DNA from: an uncultured Flavobacteriaceae bacterium
Lineage (GTDB): Bacteria; Bacteroidota; Bacteroidia; NS11-12g; UBA955
DNA length: 43,888 nt
NCBI GenBank assembly: GCA_964431045.1
Contig: CAYSIK010000001.1
Location: 1-43,888, forward strand
Direction: 5' to 3'
Positions 8,945 to 17,047 of this stretch are shown piece after piece (position 1 is the first letter of the stretch; each line of letters starts with the position of its first letter). The translations under genes were made by a program, and so were the position numbers. The notes beneath the pieces are model-generated. The model did no database searches. It saw only the letters and a list, made by a program, of their open reading frames with translations, and was not told the DNA's origin.

Positions 8945-9590
8945 GGGCCTGCAAAGCTATAAAATATACTTCAACGATGGCGCAATTGTCATTGCCGATT
9001 CTCCTGCCGCGTTCAAGGGTCTGCCTAATTTGTTTTACATAGATGATGATGAAATTCACAAGAGTTTCAATATTCTAACCTCATCTGTAAGCACAGGCAA
9101 AGCACTGAATTACGGGCTTGTCAACCCTGAACCGGAACTCATTTTCCGCGATTTTCTGGATAATTACACAGTCATACAGGCCGCAGGCGGGCTGGTGCTG
9201 AACAAGGAAAATCAGCTGTTGACCATCAAGCGCAACGGTTTGTGGGATTTACCCAAGGGCAAAATTGAGCGCCATGAAGACCAGCGCGCCGCTGCGCTCA
9301 GGGAGGTTATGGAAGAAACCGGTCTTAACATGCTCAATATTAGTGACAAAATCGGGGAAACCTATCACGCCTATTTTGAAGACGAAGCCGTTTTGCTCAA
9401 AGAAACCCACTGGTATAAAATGAACAGCAGTGGCAAAGGAAAACTCAAACCGCAGGAAGAAGAGGGTATTTCAGACGTGAAATGGGCAGACCTTGAGTGG
9501 TTTAAAAGTGCCGAGTTCGACACCTACCACAGCGTGAAAGACATCATTAGCAAACTGCTGGCCCACGAAACCGCTGCTGCCGAAGAATAA
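8943..9590 (+). CDS. NUDIX hydrolase with an intact Nudix box
   Basis: GKIERHEDQRAAALREVMEETGL fits GX5EX7REUXEEXGU exactly. Confidence 0.8.
   Translation: MGLQSYKIYFNDGAIVIADSPAAFKGLPNLFYIDDDEIHKSFNILTSSVSTGKALNYGLVNPEPELIFRDFLDNYTVIQAAGGLVLNKENQLLTIKRNGLWDLPKGKIERHEDQRAAALREVMEETGLNMLNISDKIGETYHAYFEDEAVLLKETHWYKMNSSGKGKLKPQEEEGISDVKWADLEWFKSAEFDTYHSVKDIISKLLAHETAAAEE
8952..8959 (-). promoter_or_regulatory. -7 box TAGCTTTG (minus strand) for pyrE, lying inside the first codons of the NUDIX gene
   Basis: The plus strand reads caaagcta, 7 nt upstream of the pyrE ATG (8944). It mirrors the 8921 box across the CCATGG centre. Confidence 0.4.
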
Positions 9591-9592
9591 CA

Positions 9593-10054
9593 TCAGGCCC
9601 TAACCTGAGCCGGCACAAAACGGGTGTAATCTCCCTTGTAAATTATCAAATCCCGCACCAGGCTGCTTGAGATGTAACTCACTTCAGGAGATGTGATTAC
9701 AAACACTGTTTCAATCATTGGATTAAGTTCTTTGTTGAGCTGTGCAATGTGTGCTTCATAGTCATAATCGCTACCGTTGCGCAGACCCCTGAGGATATAT
9801 CCGGCGCCCACTTGTTTGCAAAAATCCACGGTGAGGCCACTGTAAGACGCTGCCGAAACTTTGGATTCCGCTGCAAATATTTCGCGAATCCATGTCAGGC
9901 GCTTTTCGGTATCAAACAGGGTTTGCTTCTTGGTGTTTTCGCCAATGGCGATAATGATTTTATCAAACAGGGGCAGGCTTCGAAGGATTACATCCACGTG
10001 CCCGTTGGTGATAGGGTCGAACGTGCCGGCAAAGACCGCAATTCGGGATTCCAT
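9593..10054 (-). CDS. coaD: Phosphopantetheine adenylyltransferase
   Basis: 153 aa with AVFAGTFDPITNGHVD (T/HxGH nucleotidyltransferase motif) and ISSSLVR near the C-terminus. Confidence 0.92.
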   Translation of the reverse strand: MESRIAVFAGTFDPITNGHVDVILRSLPLFDKIIIAIGENTKKQTLFDTEKRLTWIREIFAAESKVSAASYSGLTVDFCKQVGAGYILRGLRNGSDYDYEAHIAQLNKELNPMIETVFVITSPEVSYISSSLVRDLIIYKGDYTRFVPAQVRA

Positions 10055-10063
10055 GAAACAAAG

Positions 10064-10585
10064 TTAAGGGATAAAGATGCCAATTGCGGAACTGCCGTAT
10101 TTGCGAATTTCTGCCGGAGGGGTGGTAAAAACCATGCCGGGCCTGTGTTCAAGCACGAAAACACCACCCGGATTCAGGCGCTGAAGGGCCAGTTCGGGCA
10201 GTCTAACCAAAGACGGCAAATCGTAGGGTGGATCGGCAAAAATGATATCAAATTTAGGCTCATCCCCTTCCAGAAACTTAAAAACATCAACCCTGACTAC
10301 CTGCCAGGCGGCAAGTTTCTTTTCTTTCTGAATTTCTTGCTGGTACCGAATATTTTTCGTATCTTTATCCAACGATACCACTGCTCCTGCGCCACGGCTT
10401 AAAAATTCAAGTGCCATAATTCCGGATCCGGAAAACAAATCCAGTACATCAGCTCCGGGAATTTCATACCGGTGTGATAAATAATTCATCAATGCCTCTC
10501 GGACAAAATCGGTGGTAGGACGCACATGGGGCGCAAAGCCTCCTTTCAACATCTGCCCTTTTAAGGTTCCGCCGGTAATCCGCAT
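10064..10585 (-). CDS. rsmD: 16S rRNA (guanine966-N2)-methyltransferase
   Basis: 173 aa. RPTTDFVREALMN, the SAM-binding LDLFSGSG and the DPPY motif (IIFADPPYD). Adjacent to coaD, as in many bacteria. Confidence 0.85.
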   Translation of the reverse strand: MRITGGTLKGQMLKGGFAPHVRPTTDFVREALMNYLSHRYEIPGADVLDLFSGSGIMALEFLSRGAGAVVSLDKDTKNIRYQQEIQKEKKLAAWQVVRVDVFKFLEGDEPKFDIIFADPPYDLPSLVRLPELALQRLNPGGVFVLEHRPGMVFTTPPAEIRKYGSSAIGIFIP

Positions 10586-11292
10586 TGGGATAAAGTAAAT
10601 AACAACAACGAAATATCTGCATGGGGCGGGTATTGACCCACTTCATACGGAAGTGAAACGGGAAACGGTTTCACCTCTTCAAGAAAACGTCCGAAAAGCT
10701 GAAGCAACGGGGCTTGTGCTGCGGAGTCGGCAAGCACGGCCACCTCCACATCTGCCATGTCAATTCCGGCACGTTTGAATGGGCCAAGGGCAAAATACAA
10801 AGCTTCAGCTTCATTGCCCGCCGGAAATGTGTTTAACAGCAGGGGCTTTTGATCGGAAAATGCAGCCACCGTTACCCTTTTGCCGATTACATGTATGAGC
10901 ACATAGTGGTTCTTGCCTTTTGACTGCTCATACGCAACCGTATACAGCGGCAGTGCAGTGGGAATGGGATTACTGCCTTCAAACGCCACCGCATAGCTGC
11001 CATTAACCGAAACTTTACTCAGCGGACCGGAAAGACCGGGATGATCGGCGTGACGAAACACTTCAGGCAATAGCACATAAGGAACTTCCACACTCAAATC
11101 AACCCCTTGAAAGGCAGTATCTGCCGCAACGGATACTGGTGTTTCAGCAATGAGATGCAATACCATTTCTCCTTCTGCATTGAATGCCATTTCGTGTTGC
11201 AGTCCCGAATCCCGGTAGCGAAAACGCTGCACAGCGGTGCTTTCATCTTTTCTGTATTCCCAGCGCAGTTGCATTAGGGCAAATTTCAGCAT
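10561..11292 (-). CDS. Conserved hypothetical protein (DUF3822-like, judged from synteny with rsmD-coaD)
   Basis: 243-aa ORF with an ATG start that overlaps rsmD by 25 nt. The family assignment rests on recalled Bacteroidota synteny, not on a clear motif. Confidence 0.5.
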   Translation of the reverse strand: MLKFALMQLRWEYRKDESTAVQRFRYRDSGLQHEMAFNAEGEMVLHLIAETPVSVAADTAFQGVDLSVEVPYVLLPEVFRHADHPGLSGPLSKVSVNGSYAVAFEGSNPIPTALPLYTVAYEQSKGKNHYVLIHVIGKRVTVAAFSDQKPLLLNTFPAGNEAEALYFALGPFKRAGIDMADVEVAVLADSAAQAPLLQLFGRFLEEVKPFPVSLPYEVGQYPPHADISLLLFTLSQCGLPAEP

Positions 11293-11309
11293 TCCTTTGC
11301 TTTAAAACC

Positions 11310-11317
11310 TATTTTTG
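11310..11317 (+). promoter_or_regulatory. -7 box TATTTTTG for the M1 peptidase gene
   Basis: TAnnTTTG consensus 21 nt upstream of ATG 11339. Confidence 0.45.
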
Positions 11318-11338
11318 CCACAATATTTTCATTGCACC

Positions 11339-14300
11339 ATGCGCAAAACCATCTTCGCAACCGGCCTGATGCTGCTTTTTTCATCGCTTTCAGCACAGCT
11401 GCTTCCCTGGGCCAAAGGCAACACCTACCGCAGGGCCGACAACCCTATGTACTGGAAAAACAAGCAACCCTATGAAGGTTACTGGCAACAGGACGTTTAC
11501 TACCAAATCAAGGCAAATTTGGATGATGTGTCCGAAACCATAGACGGAGAGCTGCGCCTGGTGTATTACAACAACTCACCGCACACCCTAAATGAGGCCT
11601 ATTTCCATTTGTACCAGAACGCTGTTCAACCCGGAAGCCTGGTGGATGAACTATACAACAAAAACAAAACACCCCACACCTTTGGCCCCTATGAAAAAGA
11701 GAAAAAGGGAACCGAAATTTTATCCTTTCAGGTGAATGGCGTTTCGGTTGATTACAACATTGATTACACCGTGCTGAAATCTGCGCTGGATAAGCCCCTG
11801 GCTTCCGGAGACAGCTGTGTGTTTACCATTCGTTTCAAAACCTATTTCGACCGCGGAACCATCCGCCGCCGCATGAAAGTGTATGACCACCATGGCTATA
11901 AGCATTTCAACGGGGTGCACTGGTATCCCCGGATTTGTGTGTATGACCGCAAATTCACCTGGGAAACCGCCCAGCACATGGAACATGAATTTTACGGTGA
12001 TTTCGGCGCCTACGATGTAGAGCTGAACCTTCCCAATCACTATGTGAACGAAGCCACAGGCACCCTGCAAAACCCCGAAACCGTCTATCCCGGTGATTTA
12101 CGCCAGAAACTGGACATTAAAAACTTCTCCAACAAGCCTGTGGGTTCGCAGCCATCCGTGATTGTGGCACCCGACGGAACCCTAAAGTCGTGGCGCTCCC
12201 ATGCCCGACACGTGCATGATTTTGCGTGGACCGCCGACCCTACCTACCGCATTGGCGAAGCAAACTGGAATGGCGTGCAGTGTATAGCACTTGCCCAGGA
12301 AAACAACGCCGCAGGCTGGCAGCAAAGTGCGCAATTTACCGCCGATGTAATTGCTGTTTACAGCAAAGATTTTGGCATGTACGAATATCCCAAAATGGTG
12401 GCCGCAGATGCTGCTGATGGCATGGAATATCCCATGCTTACCCTGGATGGAGGCATGTATCCCAGCCACCAGGGACTGATAGCGCACGAAGTGGGCCACA
12501 ACTGGTTTTTTGGCATGCTCGGCAACAACGAAACCTACCGTGCCAGTTTGGACGAAGGTTTCACACAGTTTCTTACCTCATGGAGCATGAAGCAGCTTAG
12601 CAGCCGCAAAGGGATTGGTGTGGATTATGGCACCGTGTATGCCGGCTATATGTTTGATGCCCTTGACGGTGAAGATGCCATCCTAAATACCCACAGCGAT
12701 GATTTTGAAAACGCCATCGGCCACGGTGGCGGCTACCGCCATGTGTATTACAAAACCGCTACCATGCTGTATAACCTGCAGTATGTGCTGGGCGATGAGG
12801 TGTTTTTGAAAGCCATGAAAGATTATGTGAAACAGTGGAAAATCTGCCATCCGTATGTAGAAGATTTCCGCAACAGCGTTACCATGAGTGCCAAAACCGA
12901 CCTTAACTGGTTTTTCGACCAGTGGTTTGAAACCCGCAAGGCCGCCGATTATGCGCTGAAGGTGAAGAAGAAAAAAGATGTGTATTCCATCACCGTAAAG
13001 CGCAAGGGCGATATGGTTATGCCGGTGGATGTGACAATCATGGGGCAAGATGCCAATAAAGATGTCTACCTGCTCAATTACACCATTCCGGTGAGCCAGT
13101 ATCAAAAACCGGGGACTACCAACCTGAAACCCTGGATTGGCTGGGGCAAACTGCGTCCCACCTACACATTCGAAATAAAACCACCCGGAAAAGTGAGCTC
13201 GGCACATTTAGATCCGTCTCTGCGCCTGGCCGATATCAACCGCATGAATAATTACTGGCCGCGCAAAAACTCCTGGGAGTTTGACAAAGACAATGGCAAA
13301 GACAACAGCTTTCTGGGTGGCTACAAGATGCAGTGGAGGCCCGATTTGTGGTATAATACCGAAGACGGAATCAAACCGGGCTTCTTGTGGAACGGACAAT
13401 ATGCCATGCGCAGGCATGTGGCAGAACTGGGTGCCTGGTATGGCACGGGCGCAGGTGTTTATGAGGCCTTGCGACGCACCTCACCGCAGGACAAACTTTC
13501 CTACCTTTTCAATTATTCGCATGATTTAAGGGGTAAAGGCATATTGACGCTGCACAGTCGCTACCTGGCGGGTGTGGAAATGCACAAGGCCGGATGGAGC
13601 ATTGATGGTCATAAAGGTACCTGGTATGCAGGCTGGAAATACATGGAGCGTCACAGGTTTGAATACTTGTATCCATACGGCGATGTGAACCAGGGGGCCG
13701 GTTTTCTGCCACAGGCCGGATTCTGGAGCAATGGCATCAACAACACCATCACACTGGGGCGCAGACAAACCTACCGCACCTTTCACGGCAATGGCAGTAT
13801 AGATATGTCGCTGCGCAACGCGCTGACATGGGGCAATGCCCGTTTCAGCATGGCAAAGGTTACCTGGTTAAACGAGATCAGGGGCAACAAACTGGATTTG
13901 CGCACCCGCGTTTTTGCGGCGATTTCCAAAGGCGGGCGTCTGCCGGCCGAATCGGCCATTTATGCCTGGGGTGCGTCGCCGGAGGAATTGCAGGACAACA
14001 AATTCACCCGCGATCTGGGCAGCATTACGCTGTCCGATATGAATATGAATCAGTCAAACATCGGTACAGCGCTTACCATGGGAGGCGGACTCAATATTCG
14101 CGGCATGCAGGGTTATTTGTTGCCTACGGCAAAGCAGGACACCGTGGTGTCCATGTTCAGGGGCAACCGGGGCGCATCGGTAAATGCTGAACTGGATTTC
14201 AGCCGATTGTTTGCTTTTATGCCCAAAATCAGCATGCTTTCAGCCAACATTTATTTGTTTGGCGATGCAGGTGTAATGGGAATGCCTTTGAATGGAAAAC

Positions 14301-14512
14301 CTGTGTATTCAGGCCTGCTGGCCGATGCGGGAATCGGAACTATGTGGACCATTAAAAACTGGCAAAAGCTGAGTCCGAAGAAAAAACCCTGGTTCAGGGC
14401 TTCAGCTCCGCTAAACATTCGTGTGGACTTCCCCTTGTTTGTGAATGCGGTTTCGCAGGGAGATGACCACCTGAAATTCAGGTGGGTGCTGGGGGTGAAT
14501 AAAACGTTTTAA
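11339..14512 (+). CDS. M1 family zinc metallopeptidase fused to a C-terminal Omp85-like beta-barrel region
   Basis: Trimmed to ATG 11339, giving MRKTIFATGLMLLFSSLSAQ, a signal peptide. HEVGH-X18-E is the exact gluzincin/M1 spacing. The C-terminal ~400 aa carry GGGLNIRGM about 140 aa from the end, and the protein terminates in KFRWVLGVNKTF. Confidence 0.8.
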   Translation: MRKTIFATGLMLLFSSLSAQLLPWAKGNTYRRADNPMYWKNKQPYEGYWQQDVYYQIKANLDDVSETIDGELRLVYYNNSPHTLNEAYFHLYQNAVQPGSLVDELYNKNKTPHTFGPYEKEKKGTEILSFQVNGVSVDYNIDYTVLKSALDKPLASGDSCVFTIRFKTYFDRGTIRRRMKVYDHHGYKHFNGVHWYPRICVYDRKFTWETAQHMEHEFYGDFGAYDVELNLPNHYVNEATGTLQNPETVYPGDLRQKLDIKNFSNKPVGSQPSVIVAPDGTLKSWRSHARHVHDFAWTADPTYRIGEANWNGVQCIALAQENNAAGWQQSAQFTADVIAVYSKDFGMYEYPKMVAADAADGMEYPMLTLDGGMYPSHQGLIAHEVGHNWFFGMLGNNETYRASLDEGFTQFLTSWSMKQLSSRKGIGVDYGTVYAGYMFDALDGEDAILNTHSDDFENAIGHGGGYRHVYYKTATMLYNLQYVLGDEVFLKAMKDYVKQWKICHPYVEDFRNSVTMSAKTDLNWFFDQWFETRKAADYALKVKKKKDVYSITVKRKGDMVMPVDVTIMGQDANKDVYLLNYTIPVSQYQKPGTTNLKPWIGWGKLRPTYTFEIKPPGKVSSAHLDPSLRLADINRMNNYWPRKNSWEFDKDNGKDNSFLGGYKMQWRPDLWYNTEDGIKPGFLWNGQYAMRRHVAELGAWYGTGAGVYEALRRTSPQDKLSYLFNYSHDLRGKGILTLHSRYLAGVEMHKAGWSIDGHKGTWYAGWKYMERHRFEYLYPYGDVNQGAGFLPQAGFWSNGINNTITLGRRQTYRTFHGNGSIDMSLRNALTWGNARFSMAKVTWLNEIRGNKLDLRTRVFAAISKGGRLPAESAIYAWGASPEELQDNKFTRDLGSITLSDMNMNQSNIGTALTMGGGLNIRGMQGYLLPTAKQDTVVSMFRGNRGASVNAELDFSRLFAFMPKISMLSANIYLFGDAGVMGMPLNGKPVYSGLLADAGIGTMWTIKNWQKLSPKKKPWFRASAPLNIRVDFPLFVNAVSQGDDHLKFRWVLGVNKTF

Positions 14513-14515
14513 ACA

Positions 14516-14573
14516 GTTAACAGTGTAGAGTTGACAGTGCAGAGTTAATAGGCTTTATACTGTTAACCTTTTT
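14516..14573 (+). terminator. Possible terminator-like hairpin plus T5 after the M1 gene, enclosing a 14-bp tandem repeat
   Basis: 9-bp inverted repeat gttaacagt (14516-14524) / actgttaac (14559-14567) followed by c-ttttt. The 34-nt loop is long for an intrinsic terminator. Confidence 0.35.
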
Positions 14574-14605
14574 CAGGACGGGACAGACTAATAAACTATT
14601 TTCCA

Positions 14606-14715
14606 ATGGTTGGTCTTTGCGCAGCGAGACCGACCATGACGCCTACAGTCCGCAGATATAAACATGTCCAATAAGGGTTGGTCTCACTTCACTGCGTTAC
14701 GCAAAGACCAACCAT
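14606..14715. repeat. 110-bp nested palindromic element (two hairpin units bounded by a 16-bp perfect inverted repeat)
   Basis: atggttggtctttgcg (14606-14621) is the exact reverse complement of cgcaaagaccaaccat (14700-14715). Internal arms are agaccgaccat (14627-14637) and ggttggtct (14676-14684). These give two local hairpins or one long cruciform. Confidence 0.75.
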
Positions 14716-14751
14716 GGGAAAACAGATGGGCCGAAGACCGGCATGCAACAC

Positions 14752-14800
14752 CTAATAAACCATTAAACCAATAAACAATTAAACTATTAGCCACTAAACC
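14752..14800. repeat. 8-bp-period WWTAAACN array at the 3' end of the arginase-fold gene; related copy at 40130-40158
   Basis: The array reads ctaataaac/cattaaac/caataaac/aattaaac/tattagcc/actaaacc. Positions 14764-14786 match 40133-40155 at 22 of 23 positions. Confidence 0.65.
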
Positions 14801-14804
14801 CAAA

Positions 14805-15893
14805 TCACATCAACCGCTGATAAGCCCTCCACCAGCGGTCGGGCATTTCGTCGTTGCACACCGTTTCGTAATCGCGGTAGCTGCAACCGATAAAAAAGGT
14901 CTTCTTATCGTAGGGATGCGGAATTTCCATCCACCAGCGGTTGCTTTTGCGGCTTTTGTAAAAAATTATTTCATGGCCGGTGCTGCTCAACCGGTTGCGA
15001 TATATGAGAAAATCCTCGTGGTTGTGAACGGGGTGATCGTTGAATCTGGCACAGAAACCATCCAGAAAATACCAAATCATCTGCGAGAGCAGCACATGGT
15101 CTGCGGGCTGTGGATTTTCAGGGTTTAACCCATAAAAATATGCCGAACTGAGTGTATTGCTCACTCCGGCATAACGGGCCAGTTTGGCGGCCTCTTCTGC
15201 ATATAACCCATTGGGGCTTTGCAGCATCGTACCCGGAACATCCGCATAGCGGCAGGCGTTCATGTCAAACATCAGCAGGTGTGCGCTGCGCAAAATGGGT
15301 TCGGTTTCTTCCATGCTTGCCCGTATTTCTCCCAGGCGGTGGTTTTCGAAATACATTTTATCCAGCACCGCTGCTGTTTGGTTGTTGATGTAATAGCTCT
15401 GGGTGGCCAAAAAGTCAATGTTAAAAAGGTAGCTGGGCTTTTCCACCAGAATCTGCCTGAGCGGCGTGCCTTCGTCCAGGTCCACATCCGGACTCACCTT
15501 CACCACCTCAACGGGTTCTTTGGTTTGGCGGTAAGCTTTGTAATAACCATACAACAACAGCGGATCGTGGCCGATGATAAGCACCTTCATGCCTGCGGCC
15601 AGCAATTCTCCGATGGCTTCGCTCATGGCAAACTGCCTGCTGTTGGCGTCGCCGTTCAGTTTCAGGTTGCCCAAATCGGCAACACCTAAGCTATCGAAGC
15701 GCCAGCTAAGCGAATACAGCTTGCGCCTTACCTCATCGGCCGGATAGCCTGCACCCACAATGGCTACCTTGCAGTTTTTGAGTTTGGGAAAGGAATTTCC
15801 GTGTATATGGATTTTGCCGCCCAGCAGGGAATCGCTGTTGCGAAAAGGGGCCCACACCGATTTGTCTACCGGCTCGAAGAATGCATCCAACAT
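14805..15893 (-). CDS. Arginase/formiminoglutamase-fold family protein with a C-terminal extension
   Basis: Trimmed to ATG 15893 (MLDAFFEPVD...). The upstream 51 codons would run into the divergent GT2 gene. The layout KVAIVGAG...LIIGHDP...SPDVDLD...FDMNACRYADVPG resembles the ureohydrolase fold order. Confidence 0.6.
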   Translation of the reverse strand: MLDAFFEPVDKSVWAPFRNSDSLLGGKIHIHGNSFPKLKNCKVAIVGAGYPADEVRRKLYSLSWRFDSLGVADLGNLKLNGDANSRQFAMSEAIGELLAAGMKVLIIGHDPLLLYGYYKAYRQTKEPVEVVKVSPDVDLDEGTPLRQILVEKPSYLFNIDFLATQSYYINNQTAAVLDKMYFENHRLGEIRASMEETEPILRSAHLLMFDMNACRYADVPGTMLQSPNGLYAEEAAKLARYAGVSNTLSSAYFYGLNPENPQPADHVLLSQMIWYFLDGFCARFNDHPVHNHEDFLIYRNRLSSTGHEIIFYKSRKSNRWWMEIPHPYDKKTFFIGCSYRDYETVCNDEMPDRWWRAYQRLM

Positions 15894-15980
15894 GGTTGCA
15901 AGTTCGCACCATTGTGGGGTTCCGCACGTTGCGATTCTTGCACATGTACAAAAAACCACACGCAACCCCATCTTTGCAGC

Positions 15981-16970
15981 ATGCCGCGGGTATCTGTGCT
16001 GATCCCTATTAAAAACGCCGAACCGTTTCTGGATGCGTGCCTGCAAAGCATACAGCTACAGTCATTCACAGATTGGGAATGCTGCCTGCTGGATGACGGC
16101 AGCAGCGATGATTCCCCGGCCATCATCCGCACATTTGTGGCTTCGGATGCGCGTTTTCGCATAGTTTCTCCTGTCGGGCAAGGCCTGATTGCCGCAAACT
16201 GCACCTTGTTATCGGCAGCCAAAGGCGAATTGGTAACCCGCATGGACGCAGACGATATCATGCCGAAGGATAAACTGGAAAATCTGGTGCAAACCCTCGA
16301 ATCGGCCCCGCCCAAAACCATTGTCACAGGCAGGGTTCGGTTTTTCCCGGAAGAAAATTGCGGAACAGGAACCCGTTTTTATGAAAACTGGCTGAACGAA
16401 CGCTGCGATAACAACGACCACTGGCAACACATTTGGCGGGAATGCGTGATACCCAGCCCCTGCTGGATGATGCGGACAGACGAATTAAAAGATGCAGGCT
16501 GCTTTGACGATGCCGTGTATCCCGAAGACTATGATATGGCCTTACGTTTATTCGTAAAGGGGTTTTCAGTAAAATCCGCCCGGGGCATTTGCCATCACTG
16601 GCGACAACACGATAAACGTTATTCCGTTAATAGCGAAAACTACAGTGCTGCCGCTTTCATGCAAATGAAATGGAATTACTGGAAAAAGATGTTTGTGAAA
16701 AGCAATGCCCCGGTGATGATTCTCGGCACCCTGGACAAGGGCAAATTGCTCAAGAAAATGGTGGAAACCGATGGCTATGATGTGCACTGGCTGGCGCACA
16801 AAGCCCATATTGCAGGCAATGTGATTGACAATAAAATCATTTTACACCATCGCGATTATCCCTTTTCGGCGGGGGATGTTCTTATCTCCACATTGTCTTC
16901 CATTGACGACCACATTGAGATTTACGAACACCTGAAAAATCTTGGGGTACGGGTTTTTTGTTTTTGTTAG
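15981..16970 (+). CDS. Glycosyltransferase family 2
   Basis: Trimmed to ATG 15981. VSVLIPIKNAEPFLDACLQSIQLQSFTDWECCLLDDGSSDDS is the classic GT2 N-terminus, and DxD is present in RMDADDIM. Confidence 0.82.
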   Translation: MPRVSVLIPIKNAEPFLDACLQSIQLQSFTDWECCLLDDGSSDDSPAIIRTFVASDARFRIVSPVGQGLIAANCTLLSAAKGELVTRMDADDIMPKDKLENLVQTLESAPPKTIVTGRVRFFPEENCGTGTRFYENWLNERCDNNDHWQHIWRECVIPSPCWMMRTDELKDAGCFDDAVYPEDYDMALRLFVKGFSVKSARGICHHWRQHDKRYSVNSENYSAAAFMQMKWNYWKKMFVKSNAPVMILGTLDKGKLLKKMVETDGYDVHWLAHKAHIAGNVIDNKIILHHRDYPFSAGDVLISTLSSIDDHIEIYEHLKNLGVRVFCFC

Positions 16971-17047
16971 GTGGCCACATAACCCGTACACGAATGGGTC
17001 GCACAAAACCAAGATTTAAATAAAAAACAGGAATGCCATGCACAGAA

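Noticed and set aside
14574-14584. The exact 11-mer caggacgggac shared with 40115-40125 as evidence on its own
   Set aside because: About 200 chance 11-mer pairs are expected within 44 kb (N^2/2/4^11). It counts only together with the adjacent 22/23 match and the shared 8-bp array.
14606-14715. The 16-bp inverted repeats as an invertible promoter (inverton), or the 22-codon ORF MVGLCAARPTMTPTVRRYKHVQ starting at 14606 as a peptide gene
   Set aside because: The element sits between two convergent 3' ends, with no gene to switch and no recombinase in the window. The ATG-led mini-ORFs appear on both strands simply because the arm sequence atggttgg is palindromically duplicated.
15801-16046. Long N-terminal extensions making the arginase-fold gene (to 16046) and the GT2 gene (from 15801) overlap by 246 nt
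   Set aside because: The extensions are Cys/Arg-rich nonsense read antisense to each other. Internal ATGs at 15893 and 15981 start the recognisable homology (MLDAFFEP..., MPRVSVLIPIKN...) and leave an 87-bp divergent promoter region.
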